Shown here piece by piece: positions 42,546 through 53,042 of a stretch of DNA of 64,000 bases. The first letter of the stretch is position 1. Each line of letters starts with the position of its first letter. The notes beneath the pieces are model-generated. The model did no database searches. It was not told the DNA's origin and saw only the letters and a list, made by a program, of their open reading frames with translations. The position numbers and the translations under genes were made by a program. The DNA comes from Candidatus Bathyarchaeota archaeon (GTDB lineage: Archaea > Thermoproteota > Bathyarchaeia > Bathyarchaeales > Bathycorpusculaceae), in contig CAVYES010000005.1 in the NCBI GenBank assembly GCA_963767735.1, positions 529,103-593,102 of the forward strand, written 5' to 3'.

Positions 42546-45238
42546 CAACGACGAGAATCTACCAAAACAGTGTGCAGTTGATAGGACTCGGTTCAGCCGG
42601 AACAAACATTGTAGAAGCTTTTTTAAAAAGCAAAAAAACCAAGGAGCTGATGGGGAATGACCTTACAAGGCTTTCTCTTTTGGCAATCGACATCGCTGAC
42701 CCTGAAATCAGAGATTTACAAGAAACATATGAACAAATACAGAGGTCGATGGTAAAGGCAGGTATCCCAAGCGAAAGAATGCGCCTAATAGCCCAGTCGA
42801 TAAAATTCCCAACTGCCGAAGCAATGTTTGACTTCATCAATCAAAAATACAACGAATACATTGTAGGCGAAGGAGCAAAACTTGAAAACTTTAGTCCATG
42901 GCTGCAATCAACAATGGCTATCCCCCCTATGGCTGGCGGCGCAGGCAGAAGAAGAGCCTTAGCAAAAGCAATCTACGCCTTAAACTATTATCAACTTGGA
43001 ATAGTTAGAAGCTGCATAAACTCATTCAAAGAACAAGCATTGTCATCAATAATTACGCCAACAGTGGTTTTGGTTTACGGATTAGGCGGTGGCACAGGAA
43101 GCGGTATATTCTTTGATTTCGCTAGGCACTTACGAAAGGTTTTAGGTTCAGGTGTACCGATCATAGCCTTCGTTGTAACTCCTTGTGGCGGGGATGACCC
43201 ACCGGCAAAAGGATGCTCCGCATTTGTTTCGATGAATGAACTTACGCTGTTGTTGAATAAAGATTACAACGACTACGTCATCCAAAACTATGGTGACTAC
43301 TACCGGAATCCTTTGAACGCTCTAATCTACCTGCCACTATTACCTGCCTTCTCAAAAGTAGGCAATATCGTAAATGCCCGAAGAGAACTGGACGACATGG
43401 TTGTGGACATGCTTTATGTCTTAATGGACTTTGACTTGGCAGACCTTCTAGGCGGAATCGGCACAGAAGTCGGACTAACAAACAATTCAGCGCACACGTT
43501 AGGTATGGTTAAAGTGGTTTATCCTGTTGAAGAATACATCTCAGCTTATAAGTTGAATTTCGAAGGACTTGAACTTCTACAAGAGCTAAGAAAAGAAAAA
43601 CTAGACGTTCTCGATGAAGTCAACAACATCATAAAAGTCGATTATGACGTAACAAGGGACCTTTTCAGAAATTATCTTATAAAAACAGGCACTTTTAACG
43701 AAGAGCAGTTCGAGGAAAAGCTCAAGTCGGTCATTAACAGCAATCCACGGCTTGAAGACGACCGAGAATTACACGTTAAAGGCGTTGAGTTACAGGTTAA
43801 AAACTGGTTAAGCGAAATCATGAAGTTCCTGTCCACCATAAAGTTAATGGAAAAAGCAGGTCCAATAGAAGACGCCATAATAAACTTGACATTGCATAAA
43901 GATGGCTCAAGAAAACTAGATAACATCGAATCCCTACTTACTAACCTAACAAAGACACATTTAGACTTCTCTGAAAGAAAAGCAGTTATTTTAGATCGGC
44001 TCAAACAGTTGATCCCTAGCTCGCAGGTCTTTACCTTAAGGCAAAAGAAGATTTTGGAGGATTTAGTAAATCTCGCAGAGCTTGCCGAAAAAACCCTCAA
44101 CATCCTGAAATTCTATGACGAAACCAGATACCTAACTGAGGCTTTAATAAGGTACTATGAGGTGCTTCCCGAATCTCAACGTGAACTAGAAGACTTAAAG
44201 GACATTCAATCAGAACTTGCAACAATCTACCTTGTAATTCAGATGATTCTTAGAACGCCGCAAGACGAGTCAAGAATGATCGATGAACACCTAACATACA
44301 TTGCCGAAATAATGGCCAACCGCATGAAGAAAAGAGGCAATTTCGACAACGAAGTCATGAGAGTGCAAGAGACAAAGAAACGGAAAGAATTTGATAAGGA
44401 AAAAATGGAGAGGCAGCTAAGAAAAACTTTCAGCTCAAAACGTTATGCCAGAGAACAACTTTTGGGGCTGGAGCGGGACCTGAAAAGGATAGAGGAAGAA
44501 GAATTTTATGCGATTGATAACCTGACCAAAGTTGACAGCACCATTAAACTTTACGAAAAATTGGCAAAAAGATTTGAACTTATTTCTGAATACCGCAAGA
44601 GACTAAATAAAATCGTAGATTTGCACAGGGAATATAAAGAAAAGATTGCTGACATCGTTTCGCCTAAGCAATACTTCGTGAAGTCAGCTGACCTCACTGA
44701 AAGCGAACAACTAAAGATAATCTTCAAGATACTCACTGAACAGGAAGAAAACCTCACAAGAGACGTAATATTCAAAGACATACTTGACAAAGACCACTTT
44801 AAGGATTACATGAAAAGTGTAATTAGGGCTTTCAAAACACCAAGCGTCATGGGCTACAAGCCAGTTTACAAAACAGATTATCTTTGGGTTACCGTTCAAG
44901 CACCTCCAAATCTATGGACAGAGGAAATGTCTCAGGAAATTTACGTTGCATTAGCAGGGTACGTTACCAGCGAAGTTTCAAGAACGATAACCGTTCGTGT
45001 AATTGACTCTCGTGATCCATGGGAAACAAGAGTACTGGTTCTGGGCGGCAGAGGAAAACCTGAAGACATGGAAGCCTACGACGAAATGCAGCTACTCTAC
45101 AACAAATCTAGTGATTTCGAAAGACACCTATCCAGATCTTACCTGCTTGAGCACGGAGTCGCCGCAACACAAATCATTAAAGACATAAACAACGGAAGAA
45201 ACCACAACAACAGCGCTACCAATCAAAACAAAGAGTAA
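42542..45238 (+). CDS. Tubulin/FtsZ-superfamily GTPase with long coiled-coil insertion
   Basis: LIGLGSAGTNI, GAGRRR, GLGGGTGSG and T7-like DFDLAD; about 400 aa of helical charged sequence. Confidence 0.85.
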   Translation: MTTTRIYQNSVQLIGLGSAGTNIVEAFLKSKKTKELMGNDLTRLSLLAIDIADPEIRDLQETYEQIQRSMVKAGIPSERMRLIAQSIKFPTAEAMFDFINQKYNEYIVGEGAKLENFSPWLQSTMAIPPMAGGAGRRRALAKAIYALNYYQLGIVRSCINSFKEQALSSIITPTVVLVYGLGGGTGSGIFFDFARHLRKVLGSGVPIIAFVVTPCGGDDPPAKGCSAFVSMNELTLLLNKDYNDYVIQNYGDYYRNPLNALIYLPLLPAFSKVGNIVNARRELDDMVVDMLYVLMDFDLADLLGGIGTEVGLTNNSAHTLGMVKVVYPVEEYISAYKLNFEGLELLQELRKEKLDVLDEVNNIIKVDYDVTRDLFRNYLIKTGTFNEEQFEEKLKSVINSNPRLEDDRELHVKGVELQVKNWLSEIMKFLSTIKLMEKAGPIEDAIINLTLHKDGSRKLDNIESLLTNLTKTHLDFSERKAVILDRLKQLIPSSQVFTLRQKKILEDLVNLAELAEKTLNILKFYDETRYLTEALIRYYEVLPESQRELEDLKDIQSELATIYLVIQMILRTPQDESRMIDEHLTYIAEIMANRMKKRGNFDNEVMRVQETKKRKEFDKEKMERQLRKTFSSKRYAREQLLGLERDLKRIEEEEFYAIDNLTKVDSTIKLYEKLAKRFELISEYRKRLNKIVDLHREYKEKIADIVSPKQYFVKSADLTESEQLKIIFKILTEQEENLTRDVIFKDILDKDHFKDYMKSVIRAFKTPSVMGYKPVYKTDYLWVTVQAPPNLWTEEMSQEIYVALAGYVTSEVSRTITVRVIDSRDPWETRVLVLGGRGKPEDMEAYDEMQLLYNKSSDFERHLSRSYLLEHGVAATQIIKDINNGRNHNNSATNQNKE

Positions 45239-45253
45239 ACATTAGGAAGGAGT

Positions 45254-46399
45254 TTACTGTTCCTTCTGTTCTTCCAAATTTTTCATCATAGCCTGCCATT
45301 CTTCCTCTTTTATAAAACCTTTTTCAACGGCACGATTTTTCATGCTTTTAACTTTCTTATCTAAGTCAGTGAACATTTTGGCAGTTTCAAAACCGCCGAC
45401 AAATAAGATTATGTCTATTCGGTCACTTGAGTCTTCAGCGTAGATGGGTTCAGCTATGTAAATGGATTTGAGGTTAGCTTTTTCCTTAAACCAGCCTGCT
45501 GTTGCTAACTCGATTTTCCCTCTAGGAAGCTTATCTTTGAGGCTAGTTGGCATTCGGAGGAGAACATAAAGTAGCGAAGTGCTTGATAAATCAAAGGTTA
45601 AAAGGGGCTTAAGTAGCGTTGCGTTTAAAATGTTTTCTAAGGACCCGTAAATTTTGACGCTTGCACCAGTCGCTACTAGAACAGAATACATTTTGACGTT
45701 GAACGTTCTAGATAATTCTGATAATTCTTGGACAAGCGTTTCCTTAGCTAAAAACAGGTTTACCAGGTAATTGGCAACCGTGTTACCCTTTATGAGGAAG
45801 CCATTTCTATCGACTCCTTCATACCTTTCAAGTAGGTCTCTTTCCAAGAGCACAACAGTCGCATCATCGCTGGAGGCACACATTCCTAATGACGCAAGCG
45901 AGTTGAAGTATGCGTCTGTAGGCTGTATTTTTGAAGGCAATATAGCTAAGGATAATGAATTTATGTTTGAGGATTTGAGTTTTGACATCAGGGTGGGTAA
46001 TGACGCGCTGCCTATTCCATCCCAAACTGATGCAACCACTATTGCACTGTGCAGTTTTTCTATGGGTTTTTTCTTTAACTCTTCGATTAACGTTTCGTCT
46101 TGTGAAACAAATGGTAATACATTATACCAGAAGTGAGTGTTGATGTTTGCGTCTTCGAAGCCTAAAACAAGATAGGGGTCAAATCCTTTTGGAACCCATT
46201 TGAAGATGTCATCGCTTGATTTTCCAAGGAGAATCGCCAACATTTCGGTCGTTTTGTCAACATACGGTTCTTTTAACAATATCTTAATAGGATATTCGCC
46301 AATGCAAACCAAGGCTTGCTTAGGTAGCAATGGTTTTAAGGTTTCTATATGTTTCTTAATGCTCTCCAGAACGTTAAAAGCGCTATCTTCTTCTTCCAT
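45254..46399 (-). CDS. Degenerate FtsZ/CetZ-like protein
   Basis: IVVASVWDGIGSASLP, LAILPS, FNSLASL, VLLERD and RIDIILFVGG follow the FtsZ motif order. Confidence 0.6.
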   Translation of the reverse strand: MEEEDSAFNVLESIKKHIETLKPLLPKQALVCIGEYPIKILLKEPYVDKTTEMLAILLGKSSDDIFKWVPKGFDPYLVLGFEDANINTHFWYNVLPFVSQDETLIEELKKKPIEKLHSAIVVASVWDGIGSASLPTLMSKLKSSNINSLSLAILPSKIQPTDAYFNSLASLGMCASSDDATVVLLERDLLERYEGVDRNGFLIKGNTVANYLVNLFLAKETLVQELSELSRTFNVKMYSVLVATGASVKIYGSLENILNATLLKPLLTFDLSSTSLLYVLLRMPTSLKDKLPRGKIELATAGWFKEKANLKSIYIAEPIYAEDSSDRIDIILFVGGFETAKMFTDLDKKVKSMKNRAVEKGFIKEEEWQAMMKNLEEQKEQ

Positions 46400-46459
46400 C
46401 AGAGGTACCTACATAACCTTTAAGAAGAGTTAGTTAAAATAAGGCTTTAGGTAAATTGC

Positions 46460-48874
46460 TTGACTACGCCTGCCCCAAAAAAAACTGGCCCAACATCTTG
46501 GTTCAAAACCCAGATCAAGAAGCGAAAGGATAAGGAAGACGCAGGAACGCAGTCTTGAGTCGCAACCGCTGAAAATAATTACTTTTGTGGTAACGCTTGT
46601 CGCTATGGCGTTGGGGATGTCTTTTCTGCCTCTTTTTCCCCAGCCATTGCCCATCATACTTGCAGTTTTGGTGGCGTTTTTAACTTTTCAATACCCAATG
46701 TATGGAATGCCCATCGGCGGAGCCATTATTGGCATCGGTTTGATGTATCATTTATCCGAATTGTACTTTATTTCCTTTCTCGGGGCCACAATAGTTCGCG
46801 TCGCGGTACTTGTTGTCTGGATGACCTTGTTTGTTGGGTTACCCGTAATTTTTCACCGCTACAAGAGCACTCTTGCTATTGATTTCGGCTTATTGGCGGT
46901 TGCGATGCTTTTTTTCGCTCCAACATATTTTTTGGCTATCCCATTGATTTTGGCTTCAGCGGTGTACTTCAAAAAATACGTTGCCTTAACAGTTGTTTAT
47001 TACACTTTGATTTCTGTGCCCCTTCAGATTCTTCAATACTTTAACTATACCGTGGCAGTTATTGCTAGACCTGATTGGTGGAATGCGGCTGGTTCAAGCC
47101 CGCCACTCTTTACTTCTTTAAACTCGATTTTTTCCAATCTAAACTCATCGATTAGCCAATTTAGATTGTATACCACATCTCAAGTTGTTTATGCAATTGC
47201 CGGTCAGCTCACGTGGACCCCCAACTTCAACGGACGCAACCCTTAGCGCCGCGTTATCGCAGTATCGTGATTCTGCTCCTGGCTTAATCATGTTCATCTT
47301 CATTGTGGTGGGGCTTTCTTTGGCGCTTATTTTCTTTATAAGACTTTTTGTTAAGGAGGGCGCAATCGGAAGTGACAATAAGCTTTTTCCATGTTTCACC
47401 GCCACCATTGTGGCAGCCTTGTTCTTTGTTCTCTTAAGTGCCCTTTCACTGCCTTTGGCTTTCACTGCAGACGTTAGCGCTACAGCAATAATGCTGGGAA
47501 TTTTGGCGACGCTTCTCTTTACTCTTCCCGTAGCCTTCATTGATTACACTCCTAAGCAAACGGCGACAGATCCAGAGATCGTGGAGAAAGCTCAAGCGCT
47601 TATGGATAGATTGAAGATTTTTGAGGGTCAACTAGATAACGTTAAGGAGAATATTCCTGTGGATGTAAGTTCTCCTGAAGGAAAAATGTTAGTTATCAAA
47701 GACTCACTTGAAGACACTCTGAAAAAGTCTGCGATGCACTTATTACGAAGTGGCGGATTTAAATCAGAAATTGGAAGAGTTGGGCAAGTTAAACAAAAAT
47801 ATTGATGGTTTAGAGTCAGAGCTAAACGTTATACTGTCTGAATACCAGATTTTTGTTACCTGTGAATTTTCTAACTGGATTGGAAAACTTAAAGACAGCG
47901 GCTTAGATGTGAAATCAACGGTGAATGTTGATTTTCAAAAAGAGATGCCGATAGATGCAAGAATAGAAGCCATCAAACAAATCTTAGAAGGAGGAAGAGT
48001 TCTTGCTCGTGATGTTGTTCAAATTGCCGAGCCAATTTATGATATTATTAGACCGTTGTATGACCCGAGTCTTCCAGAGAAAAGCAGGGCAATAGAGTTC
48101 ACATTGCAAAAGCTTGAGCAAAAAGAGTCACCGTGGATTGCTATAGAAGCACTTTATAGTTCGTTGAATAATTGGAAGAGGCAGTATGGCGCTGACATCT
48201 TGGATTCAGTGAAGTATCTTAAAACCTCCTTAACGCCAATTGCAGATTTGAGCAGTGAAGGCGAGGTTTTGCCGCCGATTTTCGGTGAGAACCTGCCGAA
48301 AGTGCTGGATTACGCCAAAAAAGCTGAGTCAATGAAATTAACAGCAGAAAAGAAGATTGAGAAAGACCAACTGAACATTGTAGATGTTATCGCATTGAAG
48401 GATGACATTCAATCTTTCCTAGGCATCTCCAAAGACGTGCTTTCCATGCTGTATGCTGAATTGATTAGTGAGGAAGACTCGATTGAGCGTTTGCTGCCAA
48501 CAAAAGATTACCTGTGGGAGAAAAACAGCACCTTGCGTGAACGCCTAAAGAAAGCAACCGAAACCCTCTCAAACCCGTCAAACTACAAGATTAACCAAAT
48601 AATGGAAAACTTGCCCATTTACCTGTCTTACGTTGATGAGGCAGTGCAGACATTAGCGGTTTATAATGAGCAGAAAGAATTTCTGCTTAACTATCCAACG
48701 GCGGAAGCAGCCATCGAAGAACAATTAAAACAGAAGAAACGTCTTTCACCGCAAGACCTTCCATTCCAAGCAAAGTTTGCAGCCGAATACCTAAGACTCT
48801 ACTATACGCAAAGATTCAGCGAATTCGCCTTCGACAAAGAAAACCTGCAGCTAACCAAAAAATCACAGGATTAA
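46460..48874 (+). CDS. Large membrane protein (many TM helices) with cytoplasmic coiled-coil domain; about 3 frameshifts
   Basis: Overlapping ORFs 46587, 47185 and 47750 are continuous across frame changes; probable TTG start at 46460. Confidence 0.7.
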
Positions 48875-48969
48875 CTCTAATCTATTTTTTGTGACGTTCA
48901 CGATTCCGTCAACCTCTTTTTATATTTCAATTCGCTTATTATCCAATTAGTAATTCTGAGGAATAAAAA

Positions 48970-49645
48970 ATGGCTTATTTTGCTGATAGAATCGAAGCTG
49001 GAAAGCGTTTGGCTTCAGCCTTGGCGGATTTTGCTGGCAAAAACGCGATTGTTTTAGCGATTCCACGGGGCGGCGTAGTTGTAGGCTATGAAATCGCTAA
49101 AGCGCTCAATCTTCCTTTGGACGTTATTATTCCGCGTAAAATTGGTGCGCCTGACAATCCTGAGTTGGCTATTGGAGCTATGACTGAGGATGGCACTATA
49201 ATTCTTGACGACAACCTTAATCAGGTACATGGGGGTACCAGTGGACTATATTAAAGAAGAGAGCGAACGGCAAAAACGTGAAATCGAGCGCAGGCTAAAA
49301 TTTTACAGGCAAAACGAGCCTTACCCCAACTTGCGAGGTCATGATGTTATTATTGTGGATGATGGGATAGCTACAGGTTCAACCATGAAAGCAGCCTTAG
49401 CTTCAGTCAAAAACAGGGGCGCAAAAACCGTTACCGTTGCCGTTCCAGTTGCCCCGCCCTCAACAATTAAAGAGTTAAAAAAACAAGCAGACCGCGTCGT
49501 ATGCCTCTACACTCCTGAATATTTCCAAGCCATAGGACAATTCTACACGGATTTCAGCCAAACTACCGACGAAGAAGTAATCCAACTGCTCAAACAAAGC
49601 AAACAGAAAAATCGTGAGAAACCAGCGGGGGTGCTAACGGCATGA
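48970..49645 (+). CDS. Phosphoribosyltransferase (COG1926), frameshift near 49220
   Basis: FADRIEAG, IPRGG, PELAIGA, VDDGIATGST and AIGQFY. Confidence 0.88.
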
Positions 49646-50292
49646 TTCATCAAGAAACCGTTGTTAGAATTCCAGTTGGCGGCGTAGTCGTCGAAGGCAA
49701 CTTAACTGTTCCTTCAGACGCAAAAGGTATCGTGTTATTTGCCCATGGAAGCGGAAGCAGCAGATTCAGCCCCAGAAACCGATACGTCGCAAAATTCTTC
49801 AATGCCCAAAAAATCGCAACATTACTATTCGACCTGCTCACCAACGAAGAGGACCAAGCAGATCTGGAAACTGCAGAGTACAGGTTCAACATTAACTTAC
49901 TTGCTGAACGACTCATTGGTGCAACTGAATGGCTCAAAAAAGACCCCCAAACAAAAAGATGCTTGTTCGGCTACTTCGGGGCAAGCACCGGCGCTGCAGC
50001 GGCTTTAATTGCGGCTGCAAAACTTCCAAATGATATTGCAACTGTGGTTTCGCGCGGAGGCCGCCCCGACCTTGCAGCTAATTATCTTCCCCGAGTGAAG
50101 GCACCGACACTTTTGCTGGTGGGCGGTTTGGATACAGAAGTAATTGAGCTAAATAGACAGGCAATGGAGCAAATGTCAGCTGAAAAAAAACTGGTGATTA
50201 TTCCAGGAGCAACTCACCTTTTTGAGGAGCCAGGCAAACTTGAAGAAGTCGCTAAACTATCAGCAGACTGGTTTCTACAATACCTAAAATAA
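49642..50292 (+). CDS. Alpha/beta hydrolase (dienelactone hydrolase-like)
   Basis: HGSGSSRFSPRN, GASTG, RGGRPDLA and ATHLFEEPG. Confidence 0.9.
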   Translation: MIHQETVVRIPVGGVVVEGNLTVPSDAKGIVLFAHGSGSSRFSPRNRYVAKFFNAQKIATLLFDLLTNEEDQADLETAEYRFNINLLAERLIGATEWLKKDPQTKRCLFGYFGASTGAAAALIAAAKLPNDIATVVSRGGRPDLAANYLPRVKAPTLLLVGGLDTEVIELNRQAMEQMSAEKKLVIIPGATHLFEEPGKLEEVAKLSADWFLQYLK

Positions 50293-50318
50293 GATAAATT
50301 CTGCGGTTAGCTCCTTTT

Positions 50319-50750
50319 TTACTCGGCTTTTGGCTGCTTGAACATTTTGAATAACGCATAGTTTTCCGCCATGTCTGCCGTGTACAGAAAACTGAACGCT
50401 AAAACCTCTTCTAAAGGAACGTTCATGTAAACTTTATCCTTCGAGATTCTTACCGCTTTAAGCTTAGAAGTTAAAATCACCGTTAAAACGTCTCCAACAG
50501 CCAATTCGTCCCCTATTTTATGCCCATCTTCGGAAGCTTTATCAAGCGGCACAGCAGTTTTCCATGAGACGCCAGCGCCAAAGTCAACAATGACATATGG
50601 GTGTCCATTTTGAACTAAAGTTGAAACTGAAATTGATGGCATGCATTCTTTGCATTGACCTGAAAGTTCATTCATTTCAGTTTCACTTAAGGGAACGACG
50701 AGAATTTTATGTTTAATATTGGATTCATCAGTTACAGTTAAAAACTGCAT
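50319..50750 (-). CDS. Hypothetical protein
   Basis: 143-aa ORF. Confidence 0.6.
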   Translation of the reverse strand: MQFLTVTDESNIKHKILVVPLSETEMNELSGQCKECMPSISVSTLVQNGHPYVIVDFGAGVSWKTAVPLDKASEDGHKIGDELAVGDVLTVILTSKLKAVRISKDKVYMNVPLEEVLAFSFLYTADMAENYALFKMFKQPKAE

Positions 50751-51057
50751 AAAATCACAAACTAGTTATGTTTTCAGAAGCTATAACTTTTTCTGTTTCT
50801 AGCTGAAGATGCCTTGTTAAAATAAAAAAATGGAAAAGATTTTGCTTGCATAATATCTAATTTTGGCAGGCGGGAAAACGTGCCCATAAAACATATTTGA
50901 CACGGTGCTTTTTAGTATAGTTAATAGAGCAAAATACCAATTGGTGTTTTTTTATGAAACTTTTTGATTTTAACTACCTGAAATGGGGCTGCAATGCCCG
51001 CCTGCTTTTCGTCTTGCAAAAGTTTGCCTTCAAACGGAAAAGGGTTGATTAAAACTT

Positions 51058-52269
51058 ATGGCAACCACATCTAAAACAAAAGACATTGGGCTGCGTGGGG
51101 TTCTCGTTGCCGACACAGCAATCTCCCTCATAGACGGGATCAAAGGTGAGCTTTCATACCGAGGCTTTGACATCCACGACTTAGCTGCATATGCGACAGA
51201 CGAAGAAGTATCTTACCTCCTTTTATTCGGCATTTTGCCCACGCCTATCCAGCTTGAAGAATTCTCCAAGACCCTCGTAGCAGAAAGAACGCTTCCAGCC
51301 AGCATTATTGAGGTTTTAAAGAAACTTCCAAACACAGCCGCGCCTATGGATATTCTGCAAGCAACCGTGTCTTTGTTGGCGAGTTCTGACCCTGAACTTA
51401 AAAATGACTCAAAAGAAGCTAACCTGAGACGTGCCGCAAGGCTTATAGCTCTATTACCAACTGTTGTGGCGGCTTGGGATAGAATCAGGAAAAACCTTTC
51501 CCCAATCGAGCCTGACCCGAAACTAAACCGAGCTGCAAACTTCCTCTACATGCTCATGGGAAAAGTACACGAGGAGGAAATCGCTAAAGATTTTGATACG
51601 GCTTTGGTTTTGCATGCTGAGCACTCGTTTAATGCGTCTACTTTCGCGGCAAGGGTTGTTGCTTCAACGCGGGCACACATGTACGCTGCCGTTAGCGCTG
51701 CGGTCGGATCCCTCTCCGGCGAGTTGCATGGAGGCGCCAACATGCAAACCATGCGGAACCTTGTGGAGATCGGAGACCCAGCTAACGTTGAGGCTTGGGT
51801 TAAATCAAAGTTTGACAACCATGAAAGGGTTATGGGCATGGGGCACGCGGTTTACAAAGCCTTGGATCCCAGAGCGGATTTGCTTAGGCACATCTCTGAG
51901 AAACTTGCAAGGGACACGGGCGACCCAAAATGGTACCTTATCACAAAAGAGATTGAGGATGTTACGCAAAGCGAGTATAGGAAACGTAAAGGCGGAGAAA
52001 TCTACGCGAACGTTGACCTGTACAGCGCCTCCGTATACCACATGATGGGAATTCCTGATGACTTGTTCACTCCTATTTTTGCCATAGCCAGAGTTTCAGG
52101 GTGGACCGCGCACATAATTGAAGAAAAGTTTCCTGAACCGCCAATTAAACCTGAACTTTACCGTCCAACATCGGCATACCAGGGCAACTACTGCGGGCTC
52201 GTAGGCTGCAAATACGTTCCCCTTACAAAGCGGGTAACAGCTAACAAGGAGACATCGGCTGCAAAGTAA
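51058..52269 (+). CDS. gltA: Citrate / 2-methylcitrate synthase
   Basis: HAEHSFNAST, GELHGGAN, GMGHAVYK..DPR and ANVDLY. Confidence 0.92.
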   Translation: MATTSKTKDIGLRGVLVADTAISLIDGIKGELSYRGFDIHDLAAYATDEEVSYLLLFGILPTPIQLEEFSKTLVAERTLPASIIEVLKKLPNTAAPMDILQATVSLLASSDPELKNDSKEANLRRAARLIALLPTVVAAWDRIRKNLSPIEPDPKLNRAANFLYMLMGKVHEEEIAKDFDTALVLHAEHSFNASTFAARVVASTRAHMYAAVSAAVGSLSGELHGGANMQTMRNLVEIGDPANVEAWVKSKFDNHERVMGMGHAVYKALDPRADLLRHISEKLARDTGDPKWYLITKEIEDVTQSEYRKRKGGEIYANVDLYSASVYHMMGIPDDLFTPIFAIARVSGWTAHIIEEKFPEPPIKPELYRPTSAYQGNYCGLVGCKYVPLTKRVTANKETSAAK

Positions 52270-52302
52270 TTGCCGCGTCCAAATACGGGAGAGCAAAAAG
52301 GC

Positions 52303-53040
52303 TCAAGGAGCAGGCACTGCTTTTTCTGATTTCAGTTCGTCAAGGATTTTACGTTTAACTTCAAGAATATGCTTTGTTATTTGGATTTCTTTGGGGCAAA
52401 CTTGAGTGCATTTGTAGTAGCTTTTGCAGCTCCAAGCGCCATGCGGCTTGTCCATAATCTGCAGGCGCTCTAACGTATCTTTGACGCGGCTATCAAAGAT
52501 GTACCTGTGCGCTCTGACAATCGCCGCTGGACCTACATATGGCGGGTCTTCTTTCTGGTTGACTGGGCAGGCGGAGATGCAGCAAGCGCACATTATGCAT
52601 TTTATGTCATCATCAAACAGGAGACGCTCCTCAACGGTTTGCAAGTGCTCTTTGCCCTCTTCCGCTCCAGTTAGGATTATGCCACTAGGCGGATGAACGG
52701 ATTTTTCTCTCTCAAAAAACGGTTCCAAATCAACCACTAAATCCTTCACAACTTGGAAAACGCTTAGGGGTTCAATTCGGATTTCTTTGTCGGCATCGTA
52801 GTCTTTGACGAGTTTCTGGCAAGCTAACGCTGAAACTCCATTAATCGTCATGCCGTCAGAACCGCATATGCCGTGGGCACAACTCATTCGATATGCTAAG
52901 CTACCGTCTTGTTCCCAGCGGACCTTGTTGAGGCAATCCAGCAGCCTATCCGTGGGTTTAGCATCCACCGTGAAACTATCGTAGTGAGGCTCTTTATCGT
53001 TTTTGGGGTCGAAACGGAAGATTTTCAACTTTACCATCAT
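52303..53040 (-). CDS. sdhB: Succinate dehydrogenase/fumarate reductase Fe-S subunit
   Basis: SCAHGICGSD, CIMCACCISACP and CTQVCP. Confidence 0.93.
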   Translation of the reverse strand: MMVKLKIFRFDPKNDKEPHYDSFTVDAKPTDRLLDCLNKVRWEQDGSLAYRMSCAHGICGSDGMTINGVSALACQKLVKDYDADKEIRIEPLSVFQVVKDLVVDLEPFFEREKSVHPPSGIILTGAEEGKEHLQTVEERLLFDDDIKCIMCACCISACPVNQKEDPPYVGPAAIVRAHRYIFDSRVKDTLERLQIMDKPHGAWSCKSYYKCTQVCPKEIQITKHILEVKRKILDELKSEKAVPAP

Positions 53041-53042
53041 GC

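Noticed and set aside
42542-45238. Canonical ftsZ or eukaryote-like tubulin
   Set aside because: The length, insertion and GAGRRR motif fit neither, and no division-cluster genes are nearby.
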